From assembly GCF_009914755.1 (NCBI RefSeq), contig NC_060931.1: 64,000 bases of DNA, one strand, 5' to 3'. This DNA comes from the human T2T-CHM13v2.0 reference genome, Homo sapiens. The translations under genes and the position numbers were made by a program. The notes under the pieces were generated by a model. The model saw only the letters and a program-made list of their open reading frames with translations, did no database searches and was not told the DNA's origin. Below, piece after piece: positions 12,895-27,590 of the stretch (position 1 is its first letter; each line of letters begins with the position of its first letter).

Positions 12895-13765
12895 AACAAG
12901 TTTACAAGAAAAAACAACCCAATTAAAAAGTGGGCAAAGGACATGAACAGACACTTTTCAAAAGAAGACATTCATTTGGCCAACAAACATATGATAAAAA
13001 GCTCAACACCACTGATCATTAGAGAGGTGAAAATCAAAGCTATAATGAAATGCCATCTCATGCCAGTCACAATGACAATTATGAAAAAGTGAAGAAACAG
13101 CAGATGCTGATGAGGATGTGGAGAAAAAGGAACACTTTTACACTGTTGGTAGGAATGTAAATTAGTTCAATGATAGTGGAAGACAGTATGGCAATTTCTC
13201 AAAGATCTAGAACCATAAATACCATTTGATGCAGCAATCCCATTACTGGGTATATATACATCATTCTAGTATAAAGATACATGCATGCATATGTTCATTA
13301 CAGCACTATTCACAATAGCAAAGACATGTAATCAACTGAAAGGCCCATCAGTGATAGACTGGATAAAGCAAATGTGGTACATACATACTATGGAATACTA
13401 TGCAGCCATAAAATGGAACAAGGTCATGTCATTTGCAGGAACATGGATGGAGCTGGGAGCCATCAACCTCAGCAAACTAACCCAAAACCAAATTGCATGT
13501 TGTCACTTAAACGTGGGAGCTGAACAGTGAGAACACACACTGCAGGAACAACACATACTGGGGCCTGCTGGTTAGGTGTGGGGGAGGGAGAGCATCAGGA
13601 ATAACAGCTAATGGATGCTGGTCTTAATACCTATGTGGTGAATTGTTCTGTGTAGCAAACCACCATGGCACAGGTTTACCTTGTAACAAACTTGCACATC
13701 CTGAACATGTACCTTGGAACTTAAAAGTTGAAGAAAAAAAAGACTTAAAAGCAAAAATAAATAAA
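12895..13765 (+). mobile_element. 5'-truncated L1PA13-like element
   Basis: ORF2 C-terminal remnant plus 3'UTR (gggagagcatcaggaataacagctaatggatgctgg); 12 bp TSD taaagtaatgta at 12883-12894 and 13766-13777. Confidence 0.9.
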
Positions 13766-14109
13766 TAAAGTAATGTAGGGAATTAACCACAAAAAGAGAA
13801 AAACAATAAAGAGAAATGATGTCCATTATGGCTCTTACAAAGGGAGAAAAATTCGAGTTTGTGTCTGTGATGCAAACATTGACTAAGATGCACACCTTTA
13901 TTTTAATGCTGTTGCTATATTGTATCCTTTGCCTAAAATAAATTGTAGATTAGTGAGCACTGACATTTTGGGTGCTGTAAGTCCTCTTTAACAATCAAAC
14001 CCTATATAATTCCTAATGTTATGCAGAAAGAAATCTTCTTTCACAGTGAGAATGATACTTTTTTTTTTTGTTATTGCTGTTAAGAACAAATTATCCAATA
14101 CATTATAGC

Positions 14110-16370
14110 CTAAACATTAAAAAGAAGTAGTATAATTTACCACATTAACAAATTTAATGAGAAAAGTTATAATTGTCTTAATAGGAGTGGAAAAGGTAAC
14201 AAAAATCAATATTTATCACTGAAAAAAAATTCATCAAATAGGAACTGAAGAAAACTTTTTCAACCTGATAAAGATATTCTATATAAAACCTACAGCTGAT
14301 ATCACACTGAAAGCTGAAAGAATATGATAAGGAGCAAGGCAAGAATATTTGCTCTTAACTACTTATATTCAATATTCCAGTGGTGATTCTAGCCAGGGCA
14401 ATAAAGCAAGGGAAAAAAGGCATCCAGATTGGTAAGGAAGAAATAAAACTTATTTGACATGAGAAAATTATATGGTCATCTATGTAGACAATTTAATGGA
14501 ACCTAAAATAAGACGCTAGAATTATTAGGGAGTTTAGTGAGAGTCTAGTCTACAAAATCATTTACAAAAAATTATTGTATCCCACATACTATCAATGACT
14601 AACCAAAAGTTGAAATAATAATGATTTATTATAGCATAAAAATATAGGAATAAATCTGACAAAATATATGTAAGATTGTATAGTAAAAGTTGGATAATAT
14701 TGTTAAAATAACCTTAATGAAAAGGGAGATATATTCTGTACATGGGTTGAAAAATATATATATTTAAGAAGTCAGTTTTCTACAAATTGAACAGTACATG
14801 TAATACGATCTTAAAGTCCGAGCAGATTTTTCTCCCATAGAGTTTAACAGGCCAGTTTTAAAATTAAAATAGAAATGTAAAGGAGTTGGACTGACCAAAA
14901 ATCTGCAAAACCATGATAAACACAACTTAGTTTTATGACTCATTATAAAGCTACAATTATCAAGAAAGTGTGGAACTGGAGACAAGACAGATGAACAGAT
15001 TGATAAAACAAAATAAAGAATCTAGGACTAGACATGTGTATTGATAACTGATTTTAGGCAGACGTGCACAGTATACTCAGGAGGGAACAAATAGCCTTTT
15101 CAACAGATGGGACTGAAAAATATATACCCCTATATTAAAAATTAACTTGGATAAATATATTGTACAATATATAAAAATAATTCAAATTGAATCATACATA
15201 TAAATGTAAATCCTAAAATTATGAAACTTCTAGAAGAAATAACATAAGAGATAATATTTGTGACACGGGATTTGGCAAAAATTTCTTAGATATGATAACA
15301 AAAGCACATTGCATACAAAATATTTTGGTAAATTAGACATCATTAAAATAAAAAGTTTCTACTCTTTAGAAGACACCATCAAGAATACTACTATAAAAAA
15401 TAACATTTTTTGCAAATCACATAGCTGATAAAGGACTTTTGTACAAAAGACTTGAACAGACATTTCAAAGAAGATTTCAATTAAATGTATGAAAAGATGC
15501 TCAAAGTCCGTAAGGAAACACAAAAAGATACCACTAGATTCTTACTGAAATAGCTAAATCAAAAACGAAACCGAGAACAGGCATGGTGACTCACACCTAT
15601 AATCCTAGATTTCGGGGAGGTTAAGGCAGGAGGATCACTTGGGTAACATAGAGAGACCCCATTCCTACAAAAAAATTTAAAAATAGTTGGGCATGGTGGC
15701 TGGTACCTGTAGTCCCAGTTATTCAAGAGACTAAGGCAGAAGGATTTCTTGAGCCCAGGAGTTCAAGGTTATAGTGAGCTATGATTACACCACTGCACTC
15801 TAGCCTGGGCAACAAAGTGAGTCCCTGTCTTGAAATAAAATAAATCAAAAAGGAAAAAGAAAAATTAACTGATTATACCAAGTGTTGGCAAGGATGTGGA
15901 AGAACTAAAGAATGTACCAATGGAATTTGTATGTAAACAATGTAAAATGGTACATCCATTTTGGAAAACCATTTGATAGTTTTCTAAAAATTTTAAGTGT
16001 AAACTTACCATATGATGACAACATTGTACTCCTAGGTATTTATTTGTCCAGGGAAATACAATCTTGTGTATCTGCTCATACAAAGACTTCTGCGTAAATG
16101 TTCTTAGTGACTTTATTTGTAAAGTCTCTAGGAACAAGAGACTGGAAACAACACAACTATTTATTAGTAGATAAATGAATAAATTATGGTGTATTCACTC
16201 AATGAAATATTACTCAGCAATAAAAACATGTAATATTGACATACATGTAAATGAGTCTCAAAATAATGTTGCTGATTGAAAGAAACTAGGCAAAAAAGAA
16301 TACATACTGAATAATTCTATTTGCATAAAATGAGACTATGCTAAGTAATCTTTCATGACAGAAAGCAGAT
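14110..16370 (+). mobile_element. Old L1M ORF2 and 3' region
   Basis: Degenerate RT-region motifs (aaggcatccagattggtaaggaagaaataaaact, aaacttctagaagaaa, ccaagtgttggcaaggatgtgga). Confidence 0.8.
15576..15860 (+). mobile_element. AluJ with a ~24 bp deletion in the left arm
   Basis: ggatcacttg joins directly to ggtaacatag, so the B-box region is missing. Confidence 0.85.
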
Positions 16371-16374
16371 ATTT

Positions 16375-17060
16375 TACATACAAGTCTGTGATATACTGCT
16401 ACAACTTAATTTTAGGAAGCAAATTATCCTTTAAAACAATTAAATATTAGAAAAAATATAATTTCATTTTTAGCATTTCTAGAGTGTCATGATCTTTGTC
16501 CAAATCCAAGATTCTGTCTGGCTTTATGTTCCTTTAGTCTATGAAGTTTTCTTTCACATTATTTTTAGTACAAGTCTGCAAGTAATAGATTCTCTAGCTT
16601 TTGTGTCTCTGAAGAATCTGTACTTCACTTTCAGTTTTGAAAGATGTTTTCTCTGGGTATAATGTTCAGCGTTGAATGATTTTTCCTTCATTATTTGAAG
16701 GATGACAGTCCAATGACTTCTGACTTCCATTATGTCTAATAATGAATCTTCTGTACTGCATAACTTTATGCTCTTATAGATAATGCAGTTTTTTTTAATA
16801 TGCTTGTCTTAGACATTTTCTCTTTATGTTTGGTTTCATAAGTTTGTCTTTGATATATCTGGGTGTATGTGTTTGAGTCTGTGTGTTTTTCCATGTGTGC
16901 AGGAATTTTTTTGTTTTCCATTTTGGTTTCACTCTGCTTTTTGGATATGTCATTCAACTTCTTTAATCGTTTTGTTTTTAACTTCCAACATTTTAAATTG
17001 TTTAAATTCTCTATTGTCTTCCTTCTGGAGTTCCAATTATATCTTAATTCTGCTGACTGT
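16375..17060 (-). mobile_element. Old L1M ORF1-region fragment
   Basis: ttttgaaagatgttttctctgggtataa and gacttctgacttccatt motifs of antisense L1 ORF1. Confidence 0.65.
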
Positions 17061-18190
17061 TTTTGTTTGTTTGTTTAAGTGTTTTGTTTTCCTACTTCTT
17101 CCTCTTACTTTGGTGTAATGTAATTTTTACTGAATTCTAGAAATCCTATGGAGCATACATCTATGGAATACTGAATCAATAAAGTCAGAGCTAACTCATG
17201 TTTGTGTTGTGCTATTTCTCTGGCTGCTTTCAGGGAAACGGATTCTTCAAATTCCCTTAATAATTCCTTGCATATAGAAAAAAATGTGAGTGCATATATC
17301 AAAGCCTTCATTAAAACCTAATATTGGTTGCCTAAAGCTGAGAGATGTATGAAATATTTGACCAATGTTATTATCTATGGCCCACAAAAATTTCCATTAA
17401 AGGAAATAATGTATCCTTCTTATTATCTTTTCAATTATCCTTATTATTTTTCAACTCTCTAATCATGATGATGCATGCATTTGGTCCTTAGCTACTGGAC
17501 TGACCAGAGAGGATGGACTTATCTGTACAAGTGGAACAAAACGATCAGATGTTATCTCCATATCATGGCAAATAATATCAAAAGGGAATAAAAAACACAC
17601 TATGGACTATTACACATACCATTCCAAGTGGAATATGAAAATGAAGTGAAATTAAAATAATGTACCAAGGTAAAAGTTTAACATGGAACAAAACAAAACA
17701 ACTACATATTTTTTATGTGGTTCTTAATATTAGGTAAAAGTGATTTCACAGTTAGTACTGAAATGGCAGAAACGTATTGAAGGTTAAACATATTCAATGT
17801 GGACTTGAAACAAATGTATGCCCACAGCCAACTACTGCATGTAGTTTAGGATATTATTTAAGCCTTCCAAGTAGTAGCAATTGTTCTATCTTTTAGGTTT
17901 TAGTATTACTCTGTTCCAACAGGATCATGAGGGAATTGGATATCTGGAAGTATTTCAGAAGTGATCACTCAAGTGCAACTTCTATTCTTGCTTATTCTGA
18001 TCTTTCAGAAAATCAAAACATAAAACCAACCAAACAAACAAAGAAACAAGGAAACACATACACACAAAACAATTCTTTTAACTAACTTTAATATTTCAGG
18101 CTGTAATTTTATAATATGTATTTATCTCCTTCACAGGAGACTACTCTAATAATTATGTTGAGGCTTTGCTTCTTGATAAAAATACAAAGA

Positions 18191-18306
18191 GGCCGGGCGT
18201 GGTGGCTCACGCCTGCAATCCCAGCACTTTGGGAGGCCGAAGCGGGCTAATCACAAGGTCAGGAGATCGAGACCATCCTGGCTGACACCGTGAAAACCCG
18301 TCTCTA

Positions 18307-18346
<40 letters not shown>

Positions 18347-18507
18347 AGCCGGGCGTGCTGGCGGGCGCCGTATTCCCAGCTACTCCGGAGGCTGAGGCAA
18401 GAGAATGGCGTGAATCCAGGAGGCAGAGCTTGCAGTGAGCTGAGATCACACCACTGCACTGCAGTCTGGGTGACAGAGCGAGACTCCGTCTCAAAAAAAA
18501 AAAAAAT
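18191..18507 (+). mobile_element. AluY with an expanded A36 linker
   Basis: Y diagnostics gagatcgagaccatcctggct and gagaatggcgtgaa; TSD aaaaatacaa(a/g)ga. Confidence 0.95.
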
Positions 18508-18521
18508 ACAAGGAATTATAG

Positions 18522-18889
<368 letters not shown>

Positions 18890-18904
18890 TATTTTGGTAC
18901 TGTA

Positions 18905-20095
<1,191 letters not shown>

Positions 20096-20397
20096 CATCA
20101 TTTTTTTAAAAAACATAATTTTTAGAGTTTCAGAGTTACAGAAAAATTGAGAACATAGTACAGAAAATTCTCATATATCTGGCACTCAGTATCCCCTGTT
20201 ATTAACATCTTGCATTCATATGGTACATTTGTTATAATTAATAAATTAATATGTATACATTATTGGTAAGTAAGTTGATAATTAAATGATATTCCTTTAG
20301 TTTTTATGTAATATGCTTTTCTGTTGCAACATTTGCAGGCTACCACATTACATTTCATTGTCACTGCCCTTAGGCTATTTTTGATTGTGACTTCATT

Positions 20398-21046
20398 GTT
20401 TTTTAATTTTTTAAAATTCAACAGATAATATTGTATGTATTTAACATGTACAACTTTGATGTATTGAGGTACAGATACATTGTGGAATGGTTACCTCTAG
20501 TTAATAACAAATGCATTACTTCACACAGTTATCATTTTTGTCGTGCCAGCACTCAACATCCACTCTCTCTGCATTTTTCCAGAAAACAATATGTCATAAT
20601 TACCTATAGTTACCCCACTGCACAACAGATCTCTAGAGTTTATTCCTCCTATCAAACTGTAATTATGTATCTTTTGACCAACCTCTCCCCATCCCACCCC
20701 CTCCAACCCCTGCCCCATGCCAGCCTCTGGTAACCATTATTCTACTCTCTACTCCTATGATTTCACATAATGGGTGAGATCATGCAAAATCTGTCTATCT
20801 GTGTCTGCCTTACTCAGTTAACATGACTAGGTACATATCCAAAGGAAATGAAATAAGTAGGTCAAAGGGATATCTGCTCTCCCTGTTTATTGCAGCACTA
20901 TTAATAATAGCCAATATATGGAACTGACTTCAGTGCTCATCAATGAATGCATGGATAAGAAAGTGAGGTATGCATACACAATGGAATACATTTCAGCCAT
21001 AAAAAAGAATAAAATCTGTAATTTGTGAAAGCATGGATGGACCTGT
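20398..21046 (-). mobile_element. L1MA 3' fragment with 5' inversion
   Basis: 20398-20826 antisense 3' end; 20827-21046 sense piece ending gcatggatggacctg, adjacent in the consensus to the start of the other piece. Confidence 0.8.
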
Positions 21047-22199
21047 AGCCTTTCTTATTTTTTGTGGCATTGGCAGTTGTGAGGAGCACTAGTCAGGTAC
21101 TTTGTAGGTTGCCCATCTATTGAAATGTGTTTGATATATTTCTCATAATTAGACTGGAGTTATAGATTTTGGGAAGACCACAGAGGTAAAAACGCAATTT
21201 TCCTCACATAATATCAAGAGTAAATATTGACATGATAATTTATCACTTTTGATGTTGATCTCGATCACCTCTCTGAGGTAATGTTTATGAGGTTTCACCA
21301 CTGTAAATTTGCTCTATTTTTTTCCCCTTTCAATACTACACTTGAATTGTTCCAGCTTTGGCATTTGGGAGTTCTTCCAATTGATTCCTGATTCCCTCTA
21401 ATATAGCCCCATGTATGTGAGCTCTGTTTTCATGTTTGTTTGTTTGTTTTGCTTTGTTCTTCTTAGCATTTCCCCACTTTCTGGTATTATAAGACCTTCC
21501 AGGATCATATCGCATATTTTTCAAAGTAGCCTTGGTTCTTTTTTTTACTGTAGAATGGTATTCAAAGGCAAGATCTGAGTGTTAGGTAGATTTTGTTCCT
21601 GGGCTGTCATTTCTTTTAGACAGAGCAAGAAAATATATGTGTATACTAAACAATGTATACACCACACATATTTATAATATTTCATTATGTGTGACCCTGT
21701 AACTACATGAAGTTAAATATGAATACATACTCATTTCTCCAACTTCAATCCACTAACACATAGATCATTCTAGTCTCATTTTCTTGCTTATCTATAACCC
21801 TCGAGGTCAAAATAAAGAGAACCAGCTCTCACAATCCACATGCTTTTTTTTTTTAATTCCAGTACACATGTATAGTATCACAATTACTAACCCAAAGCCA
21901 CATAACCCATTGAAACGTTTTCTAAATTAGATTACACTGTGTTTGTGCAGTTCCTTTCATCTTACATCTTACAAATTCTCCTAATTTTCAAAATGATTTA
22001 GGTCAGCACAGTTTCCTTCTAACTCCTTAAGTGAAATTGTTTCACACATTTTATAGTAGTGATAGATTTCTTATCACAGTCAGGATTCTTTTCAGAGATG
22101 CCCCAACCTTCCAGTCTTAAAATTTGCAGAAACTAAGATTCACTCTTTTTGCTTTAATGTTCTGTGGGTTTTAACAAATGAATCATTTTATATAACTAC

Positions 22200-23117
22200 T
22201 GATACAGGATATTTCCCTGACCCCTTTGCGGAACTTGTGACAGGGGTGCCTCTTTTACTCAGCCCGCCGTTCTCAACTCCTCCCAGGAGAAAACACGTGA
22301 GCGAACAAGTGCGGGAACTGGAGTGAAGGAGCACTGGAACTGCCTGGCCGCTTTGTGCGGGAGGGATCAAACTCCACTCACTCAGACCTGCTGGGTTCCA
22401 CCCCTTGCAGGAGGGAGTGCACAGGTGAGTGGGTGCAGGAACTGCCAGATGCTTTAGCCGCCACAGGAGCAAACTCCATGCAGGCCCCATGGCAGCATCC
22501 AGGCAGGCATGTTAAAGTGCTCTTTTAGCTCTGCCATCCACGAATGGCTTAAGTGTTAACAGCTCAGTGGGCCCTTTGCCTTTTCACGTGAGGCACCTAC
22601 CTTCCACCAGCGAGGGCACAGGGCCAGTGTGACAGTCTTTTGTATCCACATTTGTGGCACCTGAGTTCTTGTCTGGCTTCCAGGAAAAATGAGGTCGCAT
22701 GAACGAATTGAAGGATGGTAAATGCGGGGCATTTTATTACCAATGAATGTGGCTTTCAGTGCGAAGGGGAAGTAAAAAGGGGACGGGGCAGGTAGGTAAT
22801 CTTCCCCTGAAGTCTGGCCATCTCTGGACGGATTCTTCTCTGAAGTTACGCCATCAAGCTGTCCTTCTGAAGTCAAGCCGCTTCTCTCCAACATCCAGCC
22901 ATAGTCCTGTCTACTGGTTGAGTCTGGAGTTTTTATAGGCACAGGATGGGATGGGGCAGGGCCATGGTGGTTTAGGAAAAGGCGACATTCAAGCAGGAAA
23001 ACAGAGACATAAGTTATCACCTTGGGCCACGGTTTCAGTCTTCTCAGCTTGAGCGTGGGGTTTCACGGAGGACCCACATTTTTCTGCCTAGAATTTATTG
23101 GCCTCCTGTCCCTATCA
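22200..23117 (-). mobile_element. ERV1 solo LTR, LTR1/LTR27/LTR28 group
   Basis: tgata...tatca termini; minus strand begins tgatagggacaggagg and contains cctataaaaac (TATA); 4 bp flanks ctac/atac. Confidence 0.85.
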
Positions 23118-23693
23118 ATACCATTACACTAATTTTAAAATTTGCATAAACTAAGATTCATTCTTTTGCTGTAATGTTCTATGGGTTCTAACAAATGCAT
23201 CATTTTATGTACCTACCGTTACTCTATCATACAGAATAGTGTCACCTCACTAAGTGTCCTCTGTGCTTCACAGACACAACCTTCATACTCTACCCCACCA
23301 CCCAACTCCTGACAACTGCTGATCTATTTTTTCTCTATAGATTTGCCTTTTCCAAAATGTTATATAATGTGTATCATATGGTATGCAGCCTTTTCAGATT
23401 GTATTTTATTCAGCAATATGCATTAAAATTTCTTCATATGTTTTCACAGATTGACACTTCATTTTACAAATCTCTGAATAATGTTACGTGATTTTTGTAG
23501 TTAGATTATCCATGTACCTATTAAAGGACATCCTTGTTGCTTCTAGTTTGGGGACGAGGATAAATAAAGCTGCTATAAACATGTGTGTGCAGATTCCTGA
23601 GTTGACATACATTTTAAAACCAGTTAAATAAATACCTAGGAATGTGATTATTGAATTGCATGGTAAGATTATATTTAGTTTTGTAAGAAATTA

Positions 23694-23832
23694 CTATGTT
23701 AGTTAATGCATCTGGGTAATAGCTAGATTTTGTCATTTCACAATGTGTATATATATATTTTTTCAAACAATATGCTGTATACAATATATACATAAAATCT
23801 TATCTGCCAATTAAAAAATAAATTTAAAAAAA
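23694..23832 (+). mobile_element. Short L1MA 3' end
   Basis: atagctagattttgtcatttcacaatgtgtata...tatctgccaattaaaaaataaa. Confidence 0.65.
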
Positions 23833-26649
23833 TAAATTGCCAATCTGTTTTCCAAAGTGACTGTACATCCTCACTAGCAATGAACGAACATCTCGAATTT
23901 CTCTGTTGGTCTTCATCCTTACCAGAATTTGGTTTTGTAAGGTTTTGTGGTGTTAGTAATTGTAATTATTTAGCCATTGTTATAGCCTTTCAACAAGTTT
24001 GCAGTAGTTTCTCAATTTTTTAAAATAGGCTATTCCCTAATAATAAATGAGGCAGAGAATCTTCTCATACACTTACTTGCCATCTGTATATCTTCCTTAG
24101 TGAGATGTCTTTTCCAATAGCTTACTCATTGTTTTAAATGGGTTGTTTGTTTTCTTATTGCTGAGCTTTACATTTTCTTTGCATATTTTTGGATACAGGT
24201 CTTTTATCAGATATGTGTTTTGCAAATATTTTCTCCCCATTGTGGCTTGTCATTCTTTTAACAATGTCTATTTTGGAAATCCGATTTTTCCAGCATCATT
24301 TCTGGGAATCTCTATTTTTTCTCCATGGAAACCTTCGCTTCTTTGTTAAAAATTAGTTGTCTATATGTATTTGAGTCTTCTTCTGGGCTCTGTATTTTGC
24401 TTCATTTATTGATATTCCTATCTTTATTACAACCCTATGCTCTCTTGTTTCTTATAGGTTTATAGTAAATCTTAAGGTGTGCACTGCCAGTTCTGTTTCT
24501 CTATATGTCTATTCTTTTGCTAATACCACACTCTTCATTACTGTAGACTCTTGAAATCCGGTAATGTCAATTCTCCAACTCTGTTTTTCATCAGTATTAT
24601 GTTGGAAAATCTAGGTCTTGTGGCTTTCCATATAAACTAAAATCACTTTGTCAATATTTATAAAACCACTTGAGGAGATTTAGGTTGAGATTGCCTTGAA
24701 TCTATAAATCAAGCTGGGAATAATTGACATCATAATATTGATAATCCTTTCAATCCATGAACAGGAAATACTTCTGCATTTGTTCTTAATGTTTCTTGAG
24801 GGTCACTTTTAGACCTATGTGTTATTTAGAAGTGTGCTACTTAAATTCCAATTGTTTCAGGATAGGATTTTTCTTCCTCATTTCCATTATTTACTTCTAT
24901 TTTAATTACAATGTGGTCTTGAACCTACTTTACAAGATGCTTATGATTTAAGTATATTGAGGTTTATTTTATGACTCAGAATGTGACCTGTCTTGGTGAA
25001 AGTTTCATTTGTACTTGACAAAAATATGTATTCTGCTATTGTTGGATGGAGTATTCAGTAAATGTCAATTAGATCAAGTTATTTCACAAGAGCCAAGAAA
25101 TTTAACTTTCCAGGCTTCAAAATTTTTTTTTATTCTATAGAACGATAGCATTGGTGTTTAAATATTTAAGAAATATGTTTTACAGTTAATTTTCTATAAC
25201 ATATGTTTCTATTAAATGGTGTTAGAAAAAGAGCAGGGAAATAATTTTTAAAATGCGGATACGACACAGTCATTTCAACATACTGCATCTTGATAATTTT
25301 AATATTAACATGTATCACTGGGACACATAAAACATATAAACACACATGTCCAAATTAAAAAAAAAAACCTGTGTTTAACCTGGATGAAGAGAAAAGATGA
25401 AAGACACTTGGATTTATGTAAGTGTCATATCCATACTGATTGGAAAGTTATAAACAATCCCGTTATTCCCTAGAAAGTTGGTTAAAGATTAGCTCAGCAG
25501 TTGAGGGTAACGCAGAGTCTTCGAACTCAGAAATGGTTAGTCCAGTTAAGTTCTTGATCATTATACACATTTTTTTAAAGTAAATGAATATAATCTGAAT
25601 TCACATCAGTTACGTTATCAGTCTCTTAATAATGGCACAATTAACATTATTCTAATAATCTATGAAAATTTCTTCAACTATTAAATATGCCCCTGCATAA
25701 ATTTGTAACTCTTACAATGTTCATTTGAATATACATTAAATTATTAAATACAGTCTCTTATTTGCTATTCTGAATGTCATTTGAACTGTCCTTAATTATC
25801 TAAAAGTCAATAATGTTAAAACGCATATTTTCAACTGATGGTGTTCTGCATTTGTGGCTGACACTTAAAAGGAGGCTGCAAAAAGTTTAGACTTTCATAT
25901 ACCTCATTTTGAAGCACATTATCTTTTCTGTATTCTACATTAAAGCCACACAAAACCTTTCTTTTTTCATTTTTAGCACTTACATTTTAGTTGCTCTTGA
26001 GAATTATCCTTTCATATTCATAATCATTAATTTTTAACTAATGTAAACCTATTGTTTTGAATTGAAAAAATGAAGGTTTATTATACTTGAAACTCTTAAA
26101 GGTATATTGTTAAAATCAAGTATATATTTATATGTATATATACAACACATAAATATATATAATGAATCTTAATTCAAACAAGAAATTCACTCCATTAGAA
26201 TTTTATTTTATTATGTTCTTAAATTTTCTTCCTTTAGCTTGAACCACACAGCAATAAAGTTGCCAAAGACTTCACAAAATGTTTGAATACCTCTTCTTTC
26301 TTTCACATAGCACTTAGCATTGACTCATAATATCTTAGCTCTGACAGAAGTGTTGCACAAACTATAATCTCAGTAAATACTGCTGTTTTATAAATAGACT
26401 AAAATTTGAAGATATAAAATATATTTTCAGAAATTAACCAGCTATTATGGCAGAGCCAAGGTTTAATTCAAATTCCTTCTTTTCTCTCCCATATCAGTGC
26501 ATTGTTCTCCATTTCATTAAATCCTCTTTTATTGAATTGATTAAACATTTTGGGAAGGAGAGAGGATGTATTTACTGCCTTTGCTTGTGAGTACAAAATT
26601 TAACTCTGACAAAGAATGGCTAGTAAATATCTGTTGTGGTTATGGCTGC

Positions 26650-26815
26650 TCTTATTACTTCAATTTATCCTTCAGACAACCTTGTGATTTAGGCAGATGT
26701 ACTATATTTTTCAAAATTTACAGATTAGCACATTAAGACACAAAGTTATTTGGGACTTATATCAAGATCTTTGTCGAAACAGACCCAAAATTCAGGCCTA
26801 TGGATTTCAAATAAT
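26650..26815 (-). mobile_element. MIR fragment
   Basis: atccttcagacaaccttgtga...aatttacagattagcacattaagacaca core. Confidence 0.55.
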
Positions 26816-27399
26816 CATTCATTTTCTCCTGAAACATATATTACCCCAAATAATAACACATGATTTCTTCTCTTCCATTTTGGAAATTCCCACCATATTG
26901 ATAAAATGAAAAAGAAATGATCACACCCTTGGAGTTCAGTGCTATAACAGAAAAAAAAATCTGAAAGTAAAAGTAAAATATTTGGAATATCAAAAATGAT
27001 AAATATTACTCACATAAGTTGTTTAACATTTTCGTTATTTTTTGAAAAAATTAGAATCAGATATCAAAAAATAAGAATTGCCTATATTTTTGAGCCTGTT
27101 TGATGATGTGCTGACTTTCAGCATTTCTTAAGCCTCCAATCAAAATATTTTCCAACTAAGATTGTTTTCCTGACATCAGGCTTCTAGTTTTAATTGTCTG
27201 TTTTTCTCCATGAAATATCTTAGTATAAGAAGAAATAGTTTTTCTGATTAAAAAATGATTACCTGTAGTACTTAGAAGAAACCAAAAATATAACAAAATA
27301 TTTCTTTTATATTAAAGTACAGTTGCAAATTATAATGTTGGCAGTAGTAGCAATAATAAGTGTAGCAGAATTAGCATGAGTGGCCACATAATATCACAG

Positions 27400-27590
27400 G
27401 AGTAGTTTAGATAGAACATTGAACAAATGCCATAAAGCCTGTATCCTAATCTATTCTGTTGTCAGTAATTAGTATTGTACTATTGGTCAAGTTCTTTTTT
27501 TAAAAAAAAAATCACTTTTATGTCTTTTTTTATGAGATGATTTGCTTGACCCCTCCATCTCTTTCTGACTCTAATATGCTGAATCTAATA
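27400..27590 (+). mobile_element. MIR3-like fragment
   Basis: gtactattggtcaagtt and ctctttctgactctaatatgctgaatcta. Confidence 0.4.

Larger units (their letters stand above)
20100..25085 (-). mobile_element. L1MC/MD element, interrupted by L1MA pieces and an LTR
   Basis: ttacagaaaaattgagaacatagtacagaaaattctcatat terminus followed by antisense 3'UTR and ORF2-like sequence. Confidence 0.75.

Noticed and set aside
22556-23020. 154 aa minus-strand ORF
   Set aside because: Lies wholly within a GC-rich LTR and has no recognisable domain
22117-23216. Giant ~85 bp target-site duplication of the LTR
   Set aside because: The right copy is offset by ~17 bp and a 4 bp near-TSD exists; a pre-existing tandem duplication fits better
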